A stretch of DNA of 64,000 bases from an uncultured Bacteroidales bacterium (GTDB taxonomy: Bacteria; Bacteroidota; Bacteroidia; Bacteroidales; UBA932). The stretch covers positions 1,559 through 65,558 of the forward strand of contig ONDR01000020.1 of the NCBI GenBank assembly GCA_900316675.1, read 5' to 3'. Positions 1 to 9,765 of the stretch are shown here, piece by piece. Numbering within the stretch: position 1 is the stretch's first letter; every line of letters starts with the position of its first letter. The notes below the pieces were generated by a model. It saw only the letters and a list, made by a program, of their open reading frames with translations. It searched no databases and was not told the origin of the DNA. The translations under genes were made by a program, and so were the position numbers.

Positions 1-2
1 AC

Positions 3-1115
3 GGCCAGGTGCGCGTTTGCGACCCGGAAACCAATCAGGTGCTTTACAGCAACAGCTTCTCCACCCTGTTTCAGGAATGGCAGTCCTATGAAGAAGCCAC
101 CCAGGTGCAGAAAGCCTTCGAAAACTGCATCCAGGTGCCCTTCCCCAAGGTTCCGGTACGCATAGAAGTAGAGCTTACAGACAACCACAATGTGGTTTCA
201 TCCTCTATCAAGCACATCATCAGGCCGGACGATATTCTTATCTGCCATCTGAACGACAATGCCCATGAGCGCCGGCTTGTCCATGGTGACGGTAACGTTC
301 AGGGCGCTATCGATATAGTGATTCTGTCCGACGCCTATGCCGCCGACGAAAAGGAAAAGTTTTTTGCCGATGCCGCCCGTGCCGCAAAGGCAATGTTCAG
401 CCACGAGCCCTTTGCCTCCAATGCGGACAAATTTAATATGACGGCAGTTTTTGCACCCTCGCAGGAAAGCGGAGTAAGCCGTCCGGGCAAGGGAATATGG
501 CACAACACGGCCGCTGACAGCCACTTTGACACCTTTTACATGGACAGGTATCTGACCTCCCCGTCCATGAGGAAGATTTACGACCATATCGGCACTGTCC
601 CGTTCGAGCATATCATCCTGCTGGTCAATACTCCCATCTACGGTGGCGGCGGAATTTACAATTCCATCACCATCATGGGCAGCGACCATCCCACATTCAA
701 GAATGTGCTGGTGCACGAGTTCGGCCACGCCTTCGGCGGTCTGGGTGACGAGTATGCTTACGGAGACCTGGAAGAGCCGATGTACCCTGCAGACACAGAG
801 CCCTGGGAGCCCAACCTGACAACCCTTGTCAACTTTGACTCCAAGTGGAAGGATCTTCTCCCTGCCGGCTGTCCCATCCCCACGCCCCTGGACGCCATTG
901 AGGCGCAGGATGTTCGCCGTATCTGGCACACCCTCACGCAGGAGCAAAAGGCATCGCTCAACCTGAAAGTAGGCGTGTACGAGGGTGCCGGTTACCAGCT
1001 GAAAGGCGTTTACAGGCCCGTGCAGGAATGCCGGATGCGCATAAACGAGTGCGAGGAATTCTGTCCCGTCTGCTCGCGCGCTATTGTAAACATGATTAAT
1101 TACTATACTGAATAA
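3..1115 (+). CDS. Peptidase M64 (IgA-peptidase family) metalloprotease, 5'-truncated by the window edge
   Basis: HEFGHAFGGLGDEY zinc motif, GVYEGAGY and C-terminal CxMR...FCPVC cluster. The frame is open to the window edge upstream of the GTG at 9. Confidence 0.85.
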   Translation, partial: GQVRVCDPETNQVLYSNSFSTLFQEWQSYEEATQVQKAFENCIQVPFPKVPVRIEVELTDNHNVVSSSIKHIIRPDDILICHLNDNAHERRLVHGDGNVQGAIDIVILSDAYAADEKEKFFADAARAAKAMFSHEPFASNADKFNMTAVFAPSQESGVSRPGKGIWHNTAADSHFDTFYMDRYLTSPSMRKIYDHIGTVPFEHIILLVNTPIYGGGGIYNSITIMGSDHPTFKNVLVHEFGHAFGGLGDEYAYGDLEEPMYPADTEPWEPNLTTLVNFDSKWKDLLPAGCPIPTPLDAIEAQDVRRIWHTLTQEQKASLNLKVGVYEGAGYQLKGVYRPVQECRMRINECEEFCPVCSRAIVNMINYYTE

Positions 1116-1116
1116 G

Positions 1117-1147
1117 TAAAAAAGCCGGCCCGGGAGGTCGGCTTTTT
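1117..1147 (+). terminator. Intrinsic terminator
   Basis: AAAAAAGCCGGCC-CGGGA-GGTCGGCTTTTT hairpin plus T-tract directly after the stop. Confidence 0.8.
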
Positions 1148-1159
1148 GCGAATAATTTA

Positions 1160-1167
1160 TATCTTTG
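1160..1167 (+). promoter_or_regulatory. Bacteroidota sigma-A -7 element for guaB
   Basis: TATCTTTG matches TAnnTTTG about 28 nt upstream of the ATG at 1195. Confidence 0.6.
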
Positions 1168-1194
1168 CAAGATATAATCAAAACTCATTTTAAA

Positions 1195-2670
1195 ATGGCC
1201 TCTCTTGTAAAAACTGAAATTCCTGAAGGACTCACATTCGATGATGTATTGTTGGTTCCCGCGCACTCTGAAGTGCTTCCCCGCGACGTTGATGTTGCAT
1301 CATATGTAACCAGAAACATCAAGCTTCATTCACCTATCGTATCCGCTGCAATGGATACTGTAACTGAAGCTGAGCTGGCAATAGCAATGGCACGCGCAGG
1401 CGGTCTTGGCATCATTCACAAAAACATGCCTCTGGAGGCTCAGTGCGAGCAGGTGCGCAGGGTAAAACGCGCAGAGAACGGAATGATCTACGATCCTGTT
1501 ACCATCGGTAAGGATGCAACCGTAGGCGACGCCCTTGCAATGATGAAAAAACATCACATCGGCGGTATTCCTGTAGTGGCAGAAGACAAAACCCTTCTGG
1601 GTATCGTTACAAACAGGGACCTTCGCTTCCATGTAGATTACGCAACCCCTATCGCGCAGGTAATGACCAGCACCAATCTGGTAACCGCACCCAAGGGTAT
1701 CAGCCTTCAGGAAGCAACAGAAATCCTGATGCGCAGTAAGGTAGAGAAACTGCCTGTTGTTGACGGTCAGGGCCATCTTGTAGGCCTTATCACCTACAAG
1801 GACCTTATGAAAATCAAGGATAATCCTACCGCATCAAAGGACAGCAAGGGCCGTCTGCTGGTAGGCGCAGCAGTAGGTGTCAAGTCAGACACCATCGACC
1901 GTGTAGAGAAGCTTGTAGCCGCAGGCGCAGACATCATCGTTGTTGATACCGCTCATGGTCATTCAGAGGGCGTGCTCAGGGTTATCGCAGAAGTTTGCAA
2001 GAGATTCAATAAAGACGACATACAGATTATTGCAGGAAACGTCGCTACCGCAGAAGGTGCAAAGGCTCTTGCCGATGCAGGCGTAGATGGCGTTAAGGTA
2101 GGTATCGGTCCCGGTTCAATCTGCACCACCCGTGTTATCGCAGGTGTAGGTATGCCTCAGCTCAGCGCAGTGATGATGGCAGCAGATGCACTTAAGGGCA
2201 CCGGCATCCCGGTTATCGCAGACGGCGGTATCCGCTATTCCGGAGATATTGTAAAGGCTCTGGCTGCAGGTGCAGGCGCAATTATGGCCGGCTCTTTGTT
2301 CGCAGGTACAGAGGAGTCTCCCGGTGAAACCATTATCCTTAACGGCCGTAAGTTCAAGTCTTACAGGGGCATGGGCTCACTGGAGGCTATGGAGCAGGGC
2401 TCAAAGGACCGCTACTTCCAGGATATGGAAGAGGACGTGAAGAAGCTTGTTCCGGAAGGCATCGTAGCACAGGTTCCTTACAAGGGAACGGTTTCAGAGG
2501 TTGTTTACCAGCTGCTCGGAGGCCTTCGCAGCGGTATGGGTTATGTGGGTGCCAAGGATATCGAGGCCCTTCGTGGTGCGAAATTTGTTCGTATCACCAA
2601 CGCCGGTTTCCTTGAGAGCCATCCTCACGACGTAACAATCACCAAGGAAGCCCCCAACTATTCAAGATAA
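1195..2670 (+). CDS. guaB: IMP dehydrogenase
   Basis: [10 protein letters not shown], two CBS domains, catalytic [17 protein letters not shown]. Start set at ATG 1195 because the upstream TTG overlaps the promoter. Confidence 0.97.
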   Translation: MASLVKTEIPEGLTFDDVLLVPAHSEVLPRDVDVASYVTRNIKLHSPIVSAAMDTVTEAELAIAMARAGGLGIIHKNMPLEAQCEQVRRVKRAENGMIYDPVTIGKDATVGDALAMMKKHHIGGIPVVAEDKTLLGIVTNRDLRFHVDYATPIAQVMTSTNLVTAPKGISLQEATEILMRSKVEKLPVVDGQGHLVGLITYKDLMKIKDNPTASKDSKGRLLVGAAVGVKSDTIDRVEKLVAAGADIIVVDTAHGHSEGVLRVIAEVCKRFNKDDIQIIAGNVATAEGAKALADAGVDGVKVGIGPGSICTTRVIAGVGMPQLSAVMMAADALKGTGIPVIADGGIRYSGDIVKALAAGAGAIMAGSLFAGTEESPGETIILNGRKFKSYRGMGSLEAMEQGSKDRYFQDMEEDVKKLVPEGIVAQVPYKGTVSEVVYQLLGGLRSGMGYVGAKDIEALRGAKFVRITNAGFLESHPHDVTITKEAPNYSR

Positions 2671-3492
2671 ATGAAGAGATTTCTGCCCATAGTTGCAGTG
2701 CTGTCCTTATGCGCCTGCAATGCCATCGGATCCTTGCTGCATGACGGCGAGGTGGTGGCATCGGTAGGCGAGTACAAACTGTACTCTACGGAGCTTGCGG
2801 GCTACATCCCCGCAGGAACGTCGTCAGAAGACAGCACCCGTTTGGCAGAATCTTACATTGAAGGCTGGACCAGGGATATGAAATTCATACTCCTGGCAGA
2901 AAAAGAACTGAGCAAGGAAGAAAAGGATGTAAGCCGCGAACTGGAAGATTACAAACGCACCCTGCTCAGGTACAGGTACGAGCAAAAGTACATCAACCAG
3001 CGTCTTGATACGGCTATAACTCCTTTCCAGGTAGAAGATTACTACAAGGCTCATCAGGAAATGTTCCGCCTTTCCAGTCCGGTTGTAAAGGCTAAATTTG
3101 CCATTATTCCGGAGAAGTCGGCCCACCTTACAGCCCTGAAAAAACTGATGTCGGCAGACGATGGCACGGAAGATGCTGTAGTAAGCGATTCGCTGGCCTA
3201 TGTCTATGCCTCAAGGTTTACTGACTTCGGGGACAAATGGACTCCGCTGGCAGAATTGGCGGTAGAGATGGGAACTGATACAAAAAGCCTGCAGGCATCG
3301 CTGCACAAAGGTTTTTTGCAGGAGAAAGGGGATGACGGCAACCTGAAACTGGCCTATGTGACAGAGATAGTGAAGTCCGGTGAAATAGCTCCTATGCTTT
3401 ATTGCTGGGACAGAATCAGGGACATTATCCTAAGCAACAGGAAGCAGGCCCTGTCTGCCGCACTGGAACAGGAATTGATGAAAGATAATTAA
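2671..3492 (+). CDS. Lipoprotein, PPIase/chaperone-like, of the guaB-SurA-OstA cluster
   Basis: Lipobox (LSLC/CAC) and VVASVGEYKLY N-terminus; position between guaB and the SurA-like PPIase is typical of Bacteroidales. Confidence 0.6.
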   Translation: MKRFLPIVAVLSLCACNAIGSLLHDGEVVASVGEYKLYSTELAGYIPAGTSSEDSTRLAESYIEGWTRDMKFILLAEKELSKEEKDVSRELEDYKRTLLRYRYEQKYINQRLDTAITPFQVEDYYKAHQEMFRLSSPVVKAKFAIIPEKSAHLTALKKLMSADDGTEDAVVSDSLAYVYASRFTDFGDKWTPLAELAVEMGTDTKSLQASLHKGFLQEKGDDGNLKLAYVTEIVKSGEIAPMLYCWDRIRDIILSNRKQALSAALEQELMKDN

Positions 3493-3502
3493 ATAGAATC
3501 TT

Positions 3503-4888
3503 ATGAATAAATGCTTTAGAGTACTGGTAGCACTCGGCCTTGCCGTGACGGCAGTGGCCGCTCAGGCTCAGACTTATCCCAAGGGCTTGTTGGACAAGAC
3601 CATAGCAGTAGTGGGTAACGAGATGGTATCCATTTCTTCCCTGGAGCAGGAAATCCAGATAAACAGGATGAACAGTCCCCTGTCATCGGACAAAAACCTG
3701 CGCTGCGAGGTCCTGGAGCGCATGCTGGAGACCAAGCTCTTCCTTATGCAGGCCAGGATAGACTCCCTTAAGGTTAACGACGACATGGTAAATACCAACC
3801 TTAACATGCGTATTGACCAGGTTCGTTCACAGCTTGGCGGCGACGAAGAAGCAGAGAAATACTTTGGCAAGCCTCTTCACAAACTTCGTCAGGAATGGCG
3901 CAAGGCGCTTGAAGAGCAGAGCCTTTTCCAGCAGGAGCAGGGCCAGATTGCCGGCAGCGTACCTGAGATAACCCCTTCAGATGTACGTGAGTACCTGGCA
4001 AAGACAGATTCAGTGGATCTTCCCCTTGTTCCGGTTAAGTACAAGCTCAGCCAGATTTGCGTTTATCCTGACCGCGAGAAGGCAAATCTCGCAGTTAAGG
4101 ACCGCCTGCTTGCCCTTCGTGAACGTATTATCGCCGGAGAGAAGTTCTCTACTCTTGCCCGTATTTATTCAGAAGACCCGGGCAGCGCACGTCGCGGCGG
4201 AGAACTTGGTATGGCATCCAAGTCTATTTATGTGCCTGCATTCGCAGACATGGCCATGTCCCTTAAACCTGGCATTATCTCCCAGATTGTAGAGACCGAA
4301 TACGGTTTCCATATCATGGAAGTAATTGAGAAGAAGGGAGATATGGTTAATGTTAGGCACATCCTCCTTAAGCCCCAGTACACTGACGAAGACCGTCAGA
4401 AAGCCTTCAAGACCCTGGACAGCCTTAAGACAGAGGTTAACAACGAGGCAGTTAGTTTCCCTCTTGCCGCACGCTTCTACTCACAGGATGCCGCTACCCG
4501 CACAAACGGTGGCCAGATGGCAGACCAGAACACCGGCAGCGCTTACTTCGAGATCGATCAGCTTAAGCCTGCAGACTATGCTGCAATCAAGGGCCTCAAA
4601 GAGGGTGAGATTTCAGAACCCTTCGAATCTACTGACAACGAAGGCCAGGGCCATACCGTTTACAAGATTATCCGCGTGGATAAATTGATCCCCGCACACA
4701 CCGCTACCTTCGAAAACGACTATGATTCATTGATCGAAGGCGTTAAGAACAAAAGGACGATGGAGGCCATCAATACCTTCGTAGACAAGAAGATAAAGGA
4801 TACCTTCATTTACATTGACCCTATCTTCAAGGAGTGCGAGTTCAGCCGTGAGGGGTGGAACGAGGCTGCAAAGAATAGCGAAGAATAG
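3503..4888 (+). CDS. SurA-like PpiC/parvulin peptidyl-prolyl isomerase
   Basis: Signal peptide, SurA-type N-domain, FSTLARIYSEDPGSARRGGELG and ETEYGFHI rotamase motifs, second rotamase domain. Confidence 0.88.
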   Translation: MNKCFRVLVALGLAVTAVAAQAQTYPKGLLDKTIAVVGNEMVSISSLEQEIQINRMNSPLSSDKNLRCEVLERMLETKLFLMQARIDSLKVNDDMVNTNLNMRIDQVRSQLGGDEEAEKYFGKPLHKLRQEWRKALEEQSLFQQEQGQIAGSVPEITPSDVREYLAKTDSVDLPLVPVKYKLSQICVYPDREKANLAVKDRLLALRERIIAGEKFSTLARIYSEDPGSARRGGELGMASKSIYVPAFADMAMSLKPGIISQIVETEYGFHIMEVIEKKGDMVNVRHILLKPQYTDEDRQKAFKTLDSLKTEVNNEAVSFPLAARFYSQDAATRTNGGQMADQNTGSAYFEIDQLKPADYAAIKGLKEGEISEPFESTDNEGQGHTVYKIIRVDKLIPAHTATFENDYDSLIEGVKNKRTMEAINTFVDKKIKDTFIYIDPIFKECEFSREGWNEAAKNSEE

Positions 4889-4902
4889 AAGACCGGTTTT
4901 TG

Positions 4903-7512
4903 ATGAGGAAATTATTAACGCTGCTACTCATGCTTCTTGCCTTCACGGCAAGGGCACAACAGACAGAGAAGACGGACTCGCTGGTCCGCCTTCTGAGTGC
5001 AAAGAGCATGGAGCAGGTCGACAGGAACGGACAGAGCTACCGAAAGGTTATCGGCCCTGCCCGCTTCTTTCATAATAATACCTACCTCATCTGCGACACC
5101 GCCTTCTGGAACATGAACACTTCCATAATTGAGTGTATCAACAATGTAAGCATCGTCCAGGAAGAGACAAAACTGACCAGCGACAAGCTCATTTATCTGG
5201 TGGATGACGACCTTGCCCAGTTCCGAGGCTCGCTTGTCCAGCTGGAAGACAAGGATGGCAACACCCTCAGGACCAGGCATTTGGACTACAATACCCGGGA
5301 TAGTGTGGCCACCTTCATGAACGGCGGTGCAATGAAAGATAAGGATGGGCAGATAATAGAAAGCCGCACCGGTGTCTATGAGTCCAAGATCAAACTGTTC
5401 ACATTTACTAACAATGTGAACATGTTCACGGACTCTGTCTTCATAAAAACGACGTCCCTCAAATACTATACAGAGAGCGGAATGGCCTACTTTGGCGTAG
5501 GTACGGATGCCTGGAAAGAGGAAAACATGCTTTCTGCCGATGACGGATGGTACGACCGTCCCAAAGATCTGTTCCTGTTCAAGGATAGCGTGCATGGCAT
5601 GAACGACAGGCAGGAGATGTGGGCTGATTCGCTTTACTTCAACCGTACCACAACAGAGGTAGAGTTGCTGGGCAATGCCCAGATTACAGATACCACGCGC
5701 AACGCCCATTCCATGGCGGGCCGCATGCTGTATGTGGATTCCCTTGCACAGATAACCCTGACCCGCAACCCCGTCGTAATAGGAATAGACAAGCAGAAGG
5801 AAAAGCCTGATACCGTGTATGCCCGTGCGGACATCATGATTTACAGGACCATCCCTATGTGCGATATTGATTCTTCCGCCATTCAGGCGTCCCGCACAAG
5901 GTTGAAGGACCTTGAGGCCGATGTTGTGGGTGAGTATAGGAAAAAGGCTGCCGAGGATGCAAAGCGTGCTGCGGAGGAAGCTAAGAAGAACGACCCCAAT
6001 GCCGGTCCGCCCAGACCGATGAAGAACGATGGCGCAGAGGCCGCCGATGCCGCCGATGCTCCCCTCAAAAAGGATAAATTACCCAAAAATGCGCCCCCGA
6101 AGACGCAGGTAAAGGATACTGTATCTAATAAGCCGGCCGTGACGGACAGCCTTTCCAATGTGAAAGATAGTTTGTCAACAATTGCGGACAGCCTGGCTCC
6201 GGTGCTGCCGGATTCCACTATTGTGGTTCCGCCCCAGCCCAAGGACTCTACCAAGGTTGGTTTCATGTGGGGCAAGGGCAACTTCCGCCTGTTCAAGAGC
6301 GACCTGCAGATGGTCAGCGACTCCCTTGAATATACAGACCTCGATTCCCTGGTACGCCTGTACAAACGCCCTCTTATCTGGAGCGACAAGCATCGTCAGT
6401 ACTCGTCCGACAGCCTTTTCACCGTCATAAAGAATGGCACGGTAGAGAAGGCCAGCCTGATGTCAGAGGCCTTTGTGATAATTCAGGAGGACAGTCTTTG
6501 CTACGACCAGATCCGAAGTGCCGAGATGATGGCGTACTTCGACTCTACCGGAACGGTTAAGCGCTTCGATGCTATGGGCGATGCCGATGCAGTCTTCTAC
6601 ATCCAGGAAGACAGCACCTATGCTACTGTTAACTTCAGCAAGTCCAAGATACTGAGCGCCACCTTCAAGGATGGCGACATAGACAGGGTGTACTATTTTG
6701 ACCAGGCAAAGAGCGATGCTTATCCGGTGGCCCAGATTAAACAGGACCAGCGTGAGCTGAAGGGCTTTAAGTGGCAGCCATCCCTGCGTCCTGCGTCAAA
6801 GGAGGATATCATCCAGGACAAGCGGCTGCGAAAGTCGCAGCGTGCCGACTATACCGGGCACCCAAGGGCACAGTTCAAAGAAACGGAAATCTACTTCCCG
6901 GGCTACATCGGCCAGGTGTATGAAGATATAGAGAATGCAAAGATGCGGCGCAAGCTAAGGCAGCGCCAGCAGCAGGAGCGTGAGCGTCAGATCCAGGACT
7001 CACTTGCAACTGCGGCAAATGATTCGCTCACATCCAAAGATACTCTGCCCGTAAAGGATAGTATCAGCGTAAAGGACAGCATCGGTGTAAAAGATTCACT
7101 GTCAAATGCTTCTACAGCCTTGCCTGACACTACTGCTGCCGTCAAACCGCTGACCGAAAAGGAGCGGAAGGCTCTGGAAAAGGAACGCATCCGCAAGGAA
7201 AAACAGGAAAAGAAAGAGCGCGAATGGGCTCGTCTGGACAGTCTGGATGCTGCAAAGACGGCTGCAAAGGCCGCGGCTAAGCTTGAGAAAGAGCGCAAGA
7301 AGAAGATCAAGGCCCTTGAAAAGATGCATGCCCGTCAGGCAGAAGAAGATGCCATCCTTCAGAAGTACATAGAGTTCTACCGGCGCAAGAAGGCCCGCGA
7401 GGATGAGGCGGCTGCGCTGAAGGCAGAGCAGGAAGCCCTGAAGGAGGGAGAGAAAGAAGGGAAAAACGAAGTTGAAGACCCCAAATTCCAAAAAAAAGAA
7501 GTTCTACAGTGA
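4903..7512 (+). CDS. OstA-like (LptA/LptD N-terminal beta-jellyroll) envelope protein with charged low-complexity inserts
   Basis: Signal peptide; repeated OstA-like strands (LICDTAFW, LTSDKLIY, MWADSLYF, MVSDSLEY); Bacteroidales synteny after the SurA-like gene. Confidence 0.72.
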   Translation: MRKLLTLLLMLLAFTARAQQTEKTDSLVRLLSAKSMEQVDRNGQSYRKVIGPARFFHNNTYLICDTAFWNMNTSIIECINNVSIVQEETKLTSDKLIYLVDDDLAQFRGSLVQLEDKDGNTLRTRHLDYNTRDSVATFMNGGAMKDKDGQIIESRTGVYESKIKLFTFTNNVNMFTDSVFIKTTSLKYYTESGMAYFGVGTDAWKEENMLSADDGWYDRPKDLFLFKDSVHGMNDRQEMWADSLYFNRTTTEVELLGNAQITDTTRNAHSMAGRMLYVDSLAQITLTRNPVVIGIDKQKEKPDTVYARADIMIYRTIPMCDIDSSAIQASRTRLKDLEADVVGEYRKKAAEDAKRAAEEAKKNDPNAGPPRPMKNDGAEAADAADAPLKKDKLPKNAPPKTQVKDTVSNKPAVTDSLSNVKDSLSTIADSLAPVLPDSTIVVPPQPKDSTKVGFMWGKGNFRLFKSDLQMVSDSLEYTDLDSLVRLYKRPLIWSDKHRQYSSDSLFTVIKNGTVEKASLMSEAFVIIQEDSLCYDQIRSAEMMAYFDSTGTVKRFDAMGDADAVFYIQEDSTYATVNFSKSKILSATFKDGDIDRVYYFDQAKSDAYPVAQIKQDQRELKGFKWQPSLRPASKEDIIQDKRLRKSQRADYTGHPRAQFKETEIYFPGYIGQVYEDIENAKMRRKLRQRQQQERERQIQDSLATAANDSLTSKDTLPVKDSISVKDSIGVKDSLSNASTALPDTTAAVKPLTEKERKALEKERIRKEKQEKKEREWARLDSLDAAKTAAKAAAKLEKERKKKIKALEKMHARQAEEDAILQKYIEFYRRKKAREDEAAALKAEQEALKEGEKEGKNEVEDPKFQKKEVLQ

Positions 7513-8460
7513 GAACTTCATTTTTAATGACTTGATCATATCCACCGTCATGGTTTCAAGGTCGTAGGACGGTGCCCAATCCCATTCTGCACGGGCGCAG
7601 GAGTCGTCCATCTTGTCCGGCCATGAATCTGCGATGGCCTGGCGGACAGGGTCAACCTCGTAGCGCATCTTGAAGCCGGGGATATGTTCACATATCTTGT
7701 TGTAGATGATTTCAGGATCAAAGCTCATGGAAGCGATGTTGAAGGCGTTGCGGTGAATCAGCCTTGAAGGATCTGCGTTCATGATGTCAACGGCAGCCTT
7801 AAGGGCATCAGGCATGTACATCATATCCATGAAGGTTCCCTTTGCGATAGGGCAGACAAACTCTTCACCTTTAACTGCAGCGTAGTAAATCTCTACTGCG
7901 TAGTCGGTGGTGCCGCCGCCGGGAAGGGTGGTGTAGGAGATGAGGCCCGGGAAACGCACTGCACGGGTATCTACACCGTATTTGTTAAAGTAATAGTCAC
8001 TGAGAAGTTCGGTTGCAACCTTGGTAACGCCGTACATTGAGCGGGGCCTCTGGATGGTGTCCTGGGGAGTGTCTACACGGGGAGTATTGGGACCGAAGGA
8101 ACCGATAGAACTGGGGGTGAACACTGCACAGCCTTTTTCACGTGCTACCTCAAGAATATTGATGAGGCCGTTCATCTGGATGTCCCAGGCAAGGAGGGGC
8201 TTTTTCTCTGCCACTGCAGAAAGCAGGGCTGCAAGGTTGTATATGGTGTCAATCTTGTATTTTTCAACTATATCTGCCAGGCCCTGGGCGTTGCGGACGT
8301 CAGCCTCTGCGCTGGGACCGCTTTCCAGAAGGATGCCCTTGGGCTCTGCGCCCTTGATAAAACCTGCTACGATATTGCCTTCCGGGTATAAACCCCTGAG
8401 CTTCATTGTGAGTTCCGAACCAATTTGTCCGGTAGAACCAATTACAAGTACGTTCTTCAT
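7504..8460 (-). CDS. SDR-type L-threonine 3-dehydrogenase (NAD-dependent epimerase/dehydratase family)
   Basis: GSTGQIG Rossmann motif, YGVTK (YxxxK), GGGTTDYAV signature; divergent from kbl. Start at 8460 or 8478. Confidence 0.88.
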   Translation of the reverse strand: MKNVLVIGSTGQIGSELTMKLRGLYPEGNIVAGFIKGAEPKGILLESGPSAEADVRNAQGLADIVEKYKIDTIYNLAALLSAVAEKKPLLAWDIQMNGLINILEVAREKGCAVFTPSSIGSFGPNTPRVDTPQDTIQRPRSMYGVTKVATELLSDYYFNKYGVDTRAVRFPGLISYTTLPGGGTTDYAVEIYYAAVKGEEFVCPIAKGTFMDMMYMPDALKAAVDIMNADPSRLIHRNAFNIASMSFDPEIIYNKICEHIPGFKMRYEVDPVRQAIADSWPDKMDDSCARAEWDWAPSYDLETMTVDMIKSLKMKFSL

Positions 8461-8508
8461 TTTAGTGTTGCTTATCATGCCCTTTTTGGGGCTTTTATTT
8501 TGCGGGTG

Positions 8509-8529
8509 CAAATATAATTATTAATTTTG
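8509..8529. promoter_or_regulatory. Back-to-back divergent -7 elements for tdh and kbl
   Basis: CAAATATA (TATATTTG on the minus strand) at 8509-8516 and TAATTTTG at 8522-8529. Confidence 0.6.
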
Positions 8530-8574
8530 TAAGACCGAAAATAAAACGCTAAAACAATAAAAACATATCTTACC

Positions 8575-9765
8575 ATGTACGGAAAATTTCAGAAACATCT
8601 TCAGGATGAATTGGCATCCATCAAAGAGGCTGGACTTTACAAGAATGAGAGGAATATCGCTTCCCCCCAGAGTGCAGAGATCAAGCTGGAAGACGGCTCG
8701 GTAGCCCTTAACTTTTGCGCAAACAACTACCTTGGCCTGGCAGACAATCCCAGGCTGATTGCCGCAGCAGAAAAGGCAATGAAAGAGCGCGGCTACGGCA
8801 TGTCATCCGTCCGCTTCATTTGCGGTACGCAGGACTTGCACAAGCAGCTTGAGAAGGCAATCTCCAACTTCTTCAAGACAGAGGATACCATTCTTTATGC
8901 TTCTTGCTTCGATGCCAACGGCGGCGTATTCGAGCCCCTTCTCACCGCAGAAGATGCAATTATATCCGACTCTCTTAACCACGCTTCCATCATTGATGGT
9001 GTAAGGCTTTGCAAGGCAGTTCGTTACCGCTATGCAAACGCAGACATGGAAGACCTTGAGCGCTGCCTCAAAGAGGCCCAGGCCCAGAGGTTCCGTATCA
9101 TATGCACGGACGGTGTCTTCTCTATGGACGGCAATGTCGCTCCTATGGACAAGATTTGCGCCCTGGCAGAAAAGTACGATGCCCTTGTTATGGTGGACGA
9201 GAGTCATTCAGCCGGTGTAGTAGGCAAGACTGGCCGCGGCGTGGCAGAGCAGTTCAACTGCTATGGCAAGATTGATATCTTTACCGGCACCCTTGGCAAG
9301 GCCTTCGGCGGCGCTGTGGGCGGTTTTACCACCGGTCGCAAAGAGATCATCGACATGCTGCGTCAGCGCTCACGTCCTTATCTTTTCTCTAACTCTATCC
9401 CTCCGATGATTGCTGCCGCTGCAATTGAGATGTTCAAGATGCTCTCAGAAAGCAACGACCTTCATGACAGGCAGCAGGAGAACGTGGTTTACTTCCGCGA
9501 CAAGATGATCGCCGCCGGCTTCGACATCAAGCCTACCCAGAGCGCTATCTGCGCCGTCATGCTGTACGATGCACCCCTGTCCCAGAAGTTTGCCGCCAAG
9601 ATGGCAGAAGAAGGCATCTTTGTTACCGGTTTCTACTATCCTGTAGTTCCCAAGGGCCAGGCACGTATCCGTGTTCAGCTTAGCGCTGCCCATAAGAAAG
9701 AGCATCTGGACAAGGCTATCGCCGCCTTCATCAAGGTTGGCAAGGAACTTGGCGTGATCAAGTAA
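8575..9765 (+). CDS. kbl: Glycine C-acetyltransferase (2-amino-3-ketobutyrate CoA ligase)
   Basis: NFCANNYLGL, SVRFICGTQ, LNHASIIDG, TGTLGKA PLP-lysine motif. Confidence 0.96.
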   Translation: MYGKFQKHLQDELASIKEAGLYKNERNIASPQSAEIKLEDGSVALNFCANNYLGLADNPRLIAAAEKAMKERGYGMSSVRFICGTQDLHKQLEKAISNFFKTEDTILYASCFDANGGVFEPLLTAEDAIISDSLNHASIIDGVRLCKAVRYRYANADMEDLERCLKEAQAQRFRIICTDGVFSMDGNVAPMDKICALAEKYDALVMVDESHSAGVVGKTGRGVAEQFNCYGKIDIFTGTLGKAFGGAVGGFTTGRKEIIDMLRQRSRPYLFSNSIPPMIAAAAIEMFKMLSESNDLHDRQQENVVYFRDKMIAAGFDIKPTQSAICAVMLYDAPLSQKFAAKMAEEGIFVTGFYYPVVPKGQARIRVQLSAAHKKEHLDKAIAAFIKVGKELGVIK

